Both the position numbers and the translations under genes were made by a program. The notes under the pieces are model-generated. The model was not told the origin of the DNA. It searched no databases and saw nothing but the letters and a program-made list of their open reading frames with translations. From a virus (Duplodnaviria; Caudoviricetes): DNA of 55,148 nucleotides. The stretch covers positions 1 through 55,148 of the IMG/VR virus record IMGVR_UViG_3300032116_000256; one strand, given 5' to 3'. Every line of letters begins with the position of its first letter. Position 1 is the stretch's first letter. This document shows positions 43,769-50,901 of the stretch, piece by piece.

Positions 43769-45670
43769 TTAGTTTCTTGTGTTAAGTTCTATTACGTCCT
43801 TGCCGTTATGTTGATAATCAAATATCTTTTGAGTTCCGATGTAAGGTAAGTAAGCGATATCGAAATATCCGTCTCCATTGGCGTGACCTTCCATAGTCAA
43901 AAGATTTTCCATGAAAGAATTAAAAACAAGTTTCTTATGGACAAATGGATTAAAGTCTAGGATGTCGAAATATTCTTGCTTGGTGGCAAAATAAATATTA
44001 TAGTCTGGATAAAGTTTTTTAATTGATGGCAGCAATGAGGTTGACATGAAAACGTCTCCTGCACTTTGCGGCATCACAAATAATATTCTTTTACCTTTGT
44101 CGTCTTTATCAAGTAAGTCGGAAAATTCAACTTTAGCGTTTTCATTATTCTCCTTAATGGCGACCTTTTTAAAATACTCAAGCACTTGATCTCTAGTTCT
44201 TCCATTTTTAATTTGATCAAGCCAGCCTTTCACACCGTCATCATTGGCATCCACTGTCATAAGCAATATGTTTTTATATATATTTATGAGCCAGTCTGTA
44301 TCTGATTCGATTTCGGGTGGATTATAATTAGCGTTTCTCTGTTGGAATTCTGAATTATAATTCCATTCAACGCTTGGGGCATTATCAATAATCTCTTCCA
44401 GCTTCTTGCCTATGACCTCCGCTGATAGATTATCCAGAACAAACTGTCTTGCAGTTTTGCCCATATCCTTTCTTTTGGAAGCTGGCATCTTATAAACTCT
44501 TTCCAGCTTTTCGCAAATTGATTCTGGCAAGGTTGTAGCTTTAATGAAATTAGTTCCTGGTTCGTAGTAGGGTTTCCAATTAAGAGCCAAGCCGCCGCTT
44601 TCTTCAGTGCAGAAATCTTCTCCGCATGAATAATTTGTTACCAAAGTAATTAATTCAGTTAGCTTCGCTTCAGTGACTGGAATCTCTTGACCACCACTTG
44701 TGAATGGGTGGCAGTAAACGTCCATCAAATTATAAACTTCATTAAGTTGGGCTTCGCTTACGCCATTAGTTACATTCGTAGTTTCTACGGTATCTTTACC
44801 TCCACAAAATTTGCAAGAGATCTTTTGCCCTTCGAATGGCTTGATTTCAAACTGTTTGCACTTTTTGCAAAAATACGTTGTTAAAATATCCTCATTTTTT
44901 AAACCATTGTCCTTTATGAGTTTTTGAATATCCCAGCCTTCAGACCAATGGGTGTGCAATAGCAACTTGGCTTTTGATTTTGGATTTTTTTCCTTAAAGA
45001 GCTTGAACCCCTGCAAGAGATTAGGGACGCTTTTTCTCAATTGATTTCTGAAAACGAAACCAATAATGAATTCATCTGTCAGTTTAAACTCTGACCTTAA
45101 AGCTTTTCTAGCTTCATCTGGCAGTCTATAAAACGACGATGTTTCAGTTGCACCTCTTAATGTTTTAATAGATCCTGCTGGATAACCTAGACGCTCAACC
45201 TCTTTTGATGCGAAAGAGGCCCAAGCATAATAATGATTAACCTTTGGAATGATTTTCACCGCATCTTGATAGAGCGGCAAAGAATCTAAAGTAGTCCAAA
45301 TCATGCAATTTTTATTCCACCATTTCTTTTCAACCAATGGTGACAACGCCCAAATGTCTTCTATGCCAATATAAAAATCAGGTCGGAACTCTTTGATGAG
45401 AGAATCTATCTCCATCAATCCATAGGTAGCGGTTCTAAGTTTACCCTGATCAGAGGAAAATTCTTGAAGCTTTGAAGATTCTGGTAGTGTTCCAACAGCT
45501 TTCCACGGTAGAGTTTCAAGCTCTGGAGCTTCTTTTTCTCTGGTGTTAGCGAATTCAATTAAGTTATATTTCCCAGTTCTATAAAGATACCTGAGAATAT
45601 TTTTCATATTCTTACCGAATCCAGTAAAGATTCGGCTATGATTACTGTGGAAAACTACGGTCTTTTTCAT
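43769..45670 (-). CDS. GT4-like glycosyltransferase with Zn ribbon and a C-terminal GT9-type domain
   Basis: TGFG, FRNQLRK, YNLMDVYCHPFTSGGQEIP, CKKC..CKFC, SAGDVFMSTSLLPSIKKLYP. Confidence 0.8.
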   Translation of the reverse strand: MKKTVVFHSNHSRIFTGFGKNMKNILRYLYRTGKYNLIEFANTREKEAPELETLPWKAVGTLPESSKLQEFSSDQGKLRTATYGLMEIDSLIKEFRPDFYIGIEDIWALSPLVEKKWWNKNCMIWTTLDSLPLYQDAVKIIPKVNHYYAWASFASKEVERLGYPAGSIKTLRGATETSSFYRLPDEARKALRSEFKLTDEFIIGFVFRNQLRKSVPNLLQGFKLFKEKNPKSKAKLLLHTHWSEGWDIQKLIKDNGLKNEDILTTYFCKKCKQFEIKPFEGQKISCKFCGGKDTVETTNVTNGVSEAQLNEVYNLMDVYCHPFTSGGQEIPVTEAKLTELITLVTNYSCGEDFCTEESGGLALNWKPYYEPGTNFIKATTLPESICEKLERVYKMPASKRKDMGKTARQFVLDNLSAEVIGKKLEEIIDNAPSVEWNYNSEFQQRNANYNPPEIESDTDWLINIYKNILLMTVDANDDGVKGWLDQIKNGRTRDQVLEYFKKVAIKENNENAKVEFSDLLDKDDKGKRILFVMPQSAGDVFMSTSLLPSIKKLYPDYNIYFATKQEYFDILDFNPFVHKKLVFNSFMENLLTMEGHANGDGYFDIAYLPYIGTQKIFDYQHNGKDVIELNTRN

Positions 45671-46128
45671 TCTGAAACTTCGAAGCTTTTGCGAAGATAA
45701 TTTTCCAGATACTGAGCTACGAGTTCAGCTTCTCCAAGTTCAAAGCCAATAAGAAAAGACTGTTCGCCCTTTTTAATAGAAAAAGAAAATGCATTATCGC
45801 CACTCTTCTTAACGTAAGGGCCGAACATGATTGATGTAGTAGATCCTTGATAAGCATGAACAGTGGAGAACTTTGCAGACTCTCTTACTGCACGAATCAT
45901 TGACGCAGCCTCAACTTGATTAAGTTTCAACGCCGCAGTCTTCTCTGGATTTTTAGCGTTCTCGGAAAAAGACCCCTTCTTTGTCTCGTCATTCCATCCA
46001 GCTTGCTTCACGAAACTTACATAAAGATCTGGGGTCTCGCCTTTTGTTTGATCCTTTGGAGGCGCAACATTGAAAGAAAGAGCAGTTCCTGTATTTGACT
46101 TATTGGGTTTATAAAAGTTAAGGCGCAT
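45667..46128 (-). CDS. Putative ssDNA-binding protein (Whirly/PC4-like)
   Basis: Two beta-beta-beta-alpha units (ALKLNQVEAA and IGFELGEAEL); replication context. Confidence 0.4.
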   Translation of the reverse strand: MRLNFYKPNKSNTGTALSFNVAPPKDQTKGETPDLYVSFVKQAGWNDETKKGSFSENAKNPEKTAALKLNQVEAASMIRAVRESAKFSTVHAYQGSTTSIMFGPYVKKSGDNAFSFSIKKGEQSFLIGFELGEAELVAQYLENYLRKSFEVSE

Positions 46129-46177
46129 GTTAGTCAAAATTATAAACTAACAGCTATAAAATTAAACTTAAATAAAC

Positions 46178-46204
46178 AAAAAAGGCGCACTAAAGTGCGC
46201 CTTT
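46178..46204 (-). terminator. Intrinsic terminator
   Basis: AAAGGCGCAC-TAAA-GTGCGCCTTT with U tract on the minus strand. Confidence 0.8.
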
Positions 46205-46225
46205 AAAGTCTATTTAGATTTTGTA

Positions 46226-46606
46226 TTAAACAGGGAATGAACCAGAAACACCAATTTGTTTACGGACAATTGGAGGATTCTTTTGACGCTCAATCTCTGC
46301 GACAAGGCCAGACTGAAGGCCAAATTCGCCAGTTACATTAATCTTTGAAGAGACCCATTCTGCGGCCATTCCAGTAGTAACTGCATCAAATGCAACGAAG
46401 GCTCCAGAGTCGGTTACGGGATCAAGAGATACAGTGCCAATGCTGGAAGCGAAATAATATTCGGGAGATTCGCCACTAGCGAGTTCTCCGGTATTCTTTG
46501 GCTCAATGGCAGTGATTCTCCAGTGAATTGTTTTAATTACATCAGCTAATCCACTCTCAAGTGGAGCGCAGTCTAAAGCGGGGAATTCCCATCTATAAGT
46601 AATCAT
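46226..46606 (-). CDS. Small putative tail-fibre-associated protein (paralog 2)
   Basis: VIKTIHWR...IERQKNP pattern; paralog of 46629-47000. Confidence 0.7.
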   Translation of the reverse strand: MITYRWEFPALDCAPLESGLADVIKTIHWRITAIEPKNTGELASGESPEYYFASSIGTVSLDPVTDSGAFVAFDAVTTGMAAEWVSSKINVTGEFGLQSGLVAEIERQKNPPIVRKQIGVSGSFPV

Positions 46607-46628
46607 GGTAGTTTAAATTTTTTATATA

Positions 46629-47000
46629 TTAACTAATTGCTTCGTATCCAGTAACGCCAATTTGTTTACGAATAATTGAAGGATTTTTTTGTTTTTCTAT
46701 TCGATCCGAAAGGCCAGAATAAATGCCACCAACTCCAGAAATATTTAATTTTGCTTCTAGCCAATTAAAAACTATTCCAGTATTGAGTAAATCAAATGGG
46801 ATAAATGTTCCAGAAGGAGATATAGGATCAATTTGAGTTGCTCCTGCCTCTATGGCGGTGTAATAGCCAAGATCAGGATCTTCGAAGTTTTTAAGTTCAG
46901 ACGCTTTAATTTGCCAATGAATCGTTTGCACAACATTAGAAAATTCATTTTGCAATGGAATACAATCTAAACTGGAAATTTTTATTTTAAAATCAATCAT
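46629..47000 (-). CDS. Small putative tail-fibre-associated protein (paralog 1)
   Basis: VVQTIHWQ...IEKQKNP. Confidence 0.7.
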   Translation of the reverse strand: MIDFKIKISSLDCIPLQNEFSNVVQTIHWQIKASELKNFEDPDLGYYTAIEAGATQIDPISPSGTFIPFDLLNTGIVFNWLEAKLNISGVGGIYSGLSDRIEKQKNPSIIRKQIGVTGYEAIS

Positions 47001-47043
47001 TGTTGATTTGAATTAAGATTTACCTATATTATTGTCTACTTAC

Positions 47044-47256
47044 TCACTCTATGATAACTTTAGAAACATCATTTTCATCCCATTTTGTTTCGTCCATAGA
47101 ACCTTCGGTCTTTTTCTTTTTACGACGGAACTGAGAATAGCAGATAGCTGCTCTTTGTTTTTGATTTGGGTATTCTTTCAGCATTGTCTCAGAAGACATG
47201 CATGAAGCAATAAACTCATCCTCTTCTTGGTTCTTTTTCGGTGTTGGGATTGGCAT
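47044..47256 (-). CDS. Conserved small phage protein
   Basis: MPIPTP.......FI..CM.....KEYP..KQR.AICYSQF; GTGTAA 8 nt upstream. Confidence 0.75.
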   Translation of the reverse strand: MPIPTPKKNQEEDEFIASCMSSETMLKEYPNQKQRAAICYSQFRRKKKKTEGSMDETKWDENDVSKVIIE

Positions 47257-47281
47257 ATTTATATTTACACAAATATTTAAT

Positions 47282-47307
47282 AAAAAACCCCCGATTTCTC
47301 GGGGGTT
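47282..47307 (-). terminator. Intrinsic terminator
   Basis: AACCCCCGA-TTTC-TCGGGGGTT with U tract. Confidence 0.8.
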
Positions 47308-47311
47308 ATTG

Positions 47312-47536
47312 TTATCGGGAGCTTGTATACCTTGATCCTCGAAAGGTCACAGCCTTTACCTGATTCTTTGCGAATCGACGATTGCGGCCAGTATTGCGGT
47401 CCTCTACGGTGAGGAAAGAGGAGCCAAAGTTGACAAGACGAGCATTGATGACCTCGGTAGAGGTCTCAAGGCCAAAGAAACGTCCACTAGTGAGACGAAT
47501 CGTGTTAAGTGCGCGATTAGAACGTGTATTATTCAT
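47312..47536 (-). CDS. Small basic hypothetical protein
   Basis: Own consensus promoter and terminator; Arg-rich, beta-rich. Confidence 0.7.
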   Translation of the reverse strand: MNNTRSNRALNTIRLTSGRFFGLETSTEVINARLVNFGSSFLTVEDRNTGRNRRFAKNQVKAVTFRGSRYTSSR

Positions 47537-48522
47537 AATTTCCAAGCATTATAGATGTAGGTAATATTTTTGTCAAGCGTTTTTGAAACAAAAAGCTTAT
47601 CCTTTACTCTTTCGTACATCTCCCCTGCTTTATTAATTAATAATTTTAATTTAATTGTATCTCTTAATCCAAAGGTCATATATTCAGCTACGATTTTTGA
47701 ATTGAAGTAGGCAAAGTTAAACATATCTGCGGCATCAAGATAATCTTTGATTTCTTCCTTACTTATACCGTAAAATTGAGTAAAAAGATCAAACGAAGCA
47801 TCTGATGCGTTCAAAGTCTCTTTGGCGAGTAATAAATCAATTATATAGTTACCATTTGCAGAGTATTCAAAATCAATGAATTTAAATTCGTCAACGGTAT
47901 CAATTATACTGTCACCAGTTAAATTAAAATGGCAAAGACCTAATCTATCTGTAGAAGGTTTATAAGCTTGAGCAAAGGCGACCTTAACTTCAGAAAAAAG
48001 CTCAACTGTAGGATATTTATTCCATATCATCGAAGACTCAATTGGCAACATACTATTTAATATATCTGCTGTGCAATCAACGTCTTTTAACTTTACTGAA
48101 TGCATCTTTTTTAAAGACGACGCAAACTTTCTTTGAAGATTTAACTTGGGAGCTAAAATATAATTAGATATATCAGACGCAAACATTCCTTTGGGCATTT
48201 CATAACAAATATATTTATACTCGTCCTCTTCTTTTGAATAAGAAACTATCTTAGGATGGAACTCAAAGTTATTTGAGCATAGTTCTTTCCAGAAGTTTGG
48301 CAGGTCTGGAGAAAGATTTATTTTTAATAAATATGGCTTATCGTTAGCCACGATAAGATACGAGTCATATAAAGGTTGGGCATCGACCTTTTCTTTATAC
48401 GAAACCTTTACTTTGCCATCCCTCTCTATTCTTTCGCAAACGAAGCAGAGCATTTCATGCTCTATGGGTAAAATAGTATTATCTTTTACCGCATGTCGCA
48501 AAAGATTTCTTTGTCTTTCCAT
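47533..48522 (-). CDS. Choline/aminoglycoside phosphotransferase-fold protein with a degenerate catalytic loop
   Basis: YLLKI, LKKMHS, LCHFNLTGDSII, FIDFEYS..G...DL. Confidence 0.7.
   Translation of the reverse strand: MERQRNLLRHAVKDNTILPIEHEMLCFVCERIERDGKVKVSYKEKVDAQPLYDSYLIVANDKPYLLKINLSPDLPNFWKELCSNNFEFHPKIVSYSKEEDEYKYICYEMPKGMFASDISNYILAPKLNLQRKFASSLKKMHSVKLKDVDCTADILNSMLPIESSMIWNKYPTVELFSEVKVAFAQAYKPSTDRLGLCHFNLTGDSIIDTVDEFKFIDFEYSANGNYIIDLLLAKETLNASDASFDLFTQFYGISKEEIKDYLDAADMFNFAYFNSKIVAEYMTFGLRDTIKLKLLINKAGEMYERVKDKLFVSKTLDKNITYIYNAWKL
47548..47576 (-). promoter_or_regulatory. Perfect consensus sigma70 promoter
   Basis: TTGACA-aaaatattacctacatc(17)-TATAAT. Confidence 0.85.
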
Positions 48523-50893
48523 CGATATGAATTTGATTATTTTTAACTGATACTCTAATTTGATTATAATTATTAATTGATAGAATATCAACTATCTTGG
48601 TTTTTAGTTCGTTTTCGATGAAAAAGATAATCTTTCTGGCGCCAGTATTGCTGTCTTTTGTATTATTAATAATAAAGTCAATCAAATCAGCGGAATAAGA
48701 AATAGATGTTTCGTTTTGTTTTAAAGAGTCCTTGATCAAACTAAACTCAGTCTCAGCAATTTTAATTAAAGATTCTTTCTTCAGTTCATCAAATATAACA
48801 ATATCATTAAGTCTGGCTAGGAATTCTGGTCTAAAAAATCTTTTCAGATTTTCCATTACAGTTTCTTTGCTTGGCTTTTCGTTGGGTGTGGCTCCAAATC
48901 CAATCTTTTTATTGTCATTGACTTGGAACCCAACATTGCCAGTCATAATAATGATAGAATTTTTGAAACTCATCTTTCTACCAGTAGAGTCTGTAAGTTG
49001 ACCGCTATCCATGATTTGCAAAAGAACATTAACTACATCAGGATGCGCCTTTTCAATTTCATCAAATAAGAATACTGAAGATGGATGCTTATCAAGATGC
49101 GACCATAAAATGCTTGACTCTCCATGACCGACATAACCTGGAGGTGAACCAATAAGCTTAGAAACAGAATGCTGCTCCATGAATTCAGACATATCAATCA
49201 CGCAAAGATTAGCCTCGTCTCCAAACCCTTGTTTAGCTAACGTTCTTGCCAAGTGGGTCTTGCCAGATCCAGTTGGGCCAATGAACATAAAGTTACCAAG
49301 CGGTTTAGTTGTCTTGGCTAGGCCGAATGAACTTCTAAGAACGCAGTCAGAAATCTTTTTAAGAGCTTCGTCCTGACCAAAGACATGCTTTTTTAGATTG
49401 GACAGAATGTTTTTGATTCCGTCATTGTCTGACTTGTTGTCGATGAACTTGCCAATCTTATCGGATAAAGCCTCATAAACGTCTTTAGTCTTAGCCTTAA
49501 AGACCTTTCCTTTTACTGACTCTACCCAAGTATCATACTTGGCTTCATAATCATGAATAATGTTAGTAAGGTGATTTTCTTTAACATCGTCTGGGGCCAG
49601 TTTTTCAAACTCAACAATTAATTTCTCAACGTCCTTAATTTCCTTGGGGCGAGAAAACGATCTGATCTTTACCTTAGATCCTACTTGATCCATCAAATCA
49701 ATAGCCTTGTCTGGAAACCTACGAGACGGAATATACTTTTCGCAAACATTAACGATATCGGTGATCACGTTATCGCTATAATGAATCATATGAAACTTCT
49801 CATAAAATCCCTTTAGCGACTTTAAGATTTTAAAAGTTTCTTCCTTAGAAGGTTCTGACACGAAGATGGGTTCAAAGCGGCGATTCATTGCACCATCTTT
49901 AACAAAGTATTTCTCGTATTCGGTTTGAGTTGTGGCGGCAATAAAAGCTAACTCATCAGCAGTTAAGTACTGCTTGAGAATATTAGCGGCATCCATAGAA
50001 CCAGCATCATTACCCATGCCTATGACATTGTGAACCTCGTCAATAAACACGATTACATTGCCCATGTTTTTGATCTCGTTCATCGTCTTAACTAATCTTT
50101 CCTCAAACTCGCCGCGTAATTTAGTACCAGCAATAAGATTAGATAGATTGAGAGATATGATCTTTTTATTCAGCAAGAACTCTGTGCATTCGCAAGAAAC
50201 AATCTTCTTAGCCAAAAGACCAACAACGGCGCTTTTGCCAACACCGGGTTCTCCAATTAAAATTACATTCTTTTTCTGTTTTCTGCAAAGAACCTCTGAC
50301 ATTTTTGCAACTTCCTTTTCCCTGAAGAAAATATTATCAAACCCATTGTCTACCGCCATCTGATTATAGTCAGAACAAAAAGCAGAAATTAAATTATCTT
50401 GTTGAGATTGGCCTCTTTGTTGGACTGGTTTCTTAACAGGATTAGAAAGCATCTTGCATTCTTTCTCTACTTTCTCGGAAATAAATCCGACATCGACGCC
50501 ATTCTTTTTAAAGAACTTCTTTATGTTGTCTGAATTTCTCAATAGAGCAAGAAACACATGCTCTATTCCAGTATAGTTCTGCTTAAAACTTTGAGATATA
50601 GCGTAAGACTCGTTGACAATTTTAATTACGTTTTGGCTATACTTGATCGAAGTTGCAGATATCTTCTTCTTGTTTGAAGGAAGAGTTTTAGATAAGGCGA
50701 AGATAACGTCTTTGATTTCAATCGAAAGCGATTGAAATACCATGTTGACGATCATCGATTCTGAAAAAAGAATCGCGTGTAGCAAAAACTCGTCAGTAAT
50801 TTCTTGCTGATTATTTTCTGCACAACGCTGCTTGGCGACATCTAAAGCTCTTCTTACTTTAGGAGTGAAGTTAATATCTTGCACTGTATTCAT
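48479..50893 (-). CDS. Hsp100/Clp ATPase, ClpC/ClpA type
   Basis: Clp-N repeats, GEPGVGKS, FIDEVH, GPTGSGKT, FDEIEKAHPDV and IGF ClpP-docking loop. Confidence 0.92.
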   Translation of the reverse strand: MNTVQDINFTPKVRRALDVAKQRCAENNQQEITDEFLLHAILFSESMIVNMVFQSLSIEIKDVIFALSKTLPSNKKKISATSIKYSQNVIKIVNESYAISQSFKQNYTGIEHVFLALLRNSDNIKKFFKKNGVDVGFISEKVEKECKMLSNPVKKPVQQRGQSQQDNLISAFCSDYNQMAVDNGFDNIFFREKEVAKMSEVLCRKQKKNVILIGEPGVGKSAVVGLLAKKIVSCECTEFLLNKKIISLNLSNLIAGTKLRGEFEERLVKTMNEIKNMGNVIVFIDEVHNVIGMGNDAGSMDAANILKQYLTADELAFIAATTQTEYEKYFVKDGAMNRRFEPIFVSEPSKEETFKILKSLKGFYEKFHMIHYSDNVITDIVNVCEKYIPSRRFPDKAIDLMDQVGSKVKIRSFSRPKEIKDVEKLIVEFEKLAPDDVKENHLTNIIHDYEAKYDTWVESVKGKVFKAKTKDVYEALSDKIGKFIDNKSDNDGIKNILSNLKKHVFGQDEALKKISDCVLRSSFGLAKTTKPLGNFMFIGPTGSGKTHLARTLAKQGFGDEANLCVIDMSEFMEQHSVSKLIGSPPGYVGHGESSILWSHLDKHPSSVFLFDEIEKAHPDVVNVLLQIMDSGQLTDSTGRKMSFKNSIIIMTGNVGFQVNDNKKIGFGATPNEKPSKETVMENLKRFFRPEFLARLNDIVIFDELKKESLIKIAETEFSLIKDSLKQNETSISYSADLIDFIINNTKDSNTGARKIIFFIENELKTKIVDILSINNYNQIRVSVKNNQIHIDGKTKKSFATCGKR

Positions 50894-50901
50894 TTTTACA
50901 C

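Noticed and set aside
48479-50893. Calling the Clp ATPase ClpB
   Set aside because: It has an IGF ClpP-binding loop and only a short middle region, which fits ClpC/ClpA.
50896-50901. GTGTAA upstream of the Clp gene as a late promoter
   Set aside because: Only 2 nt from the ATG and abutting the dnaE stop; spacing differs from the other instances and may be chance.
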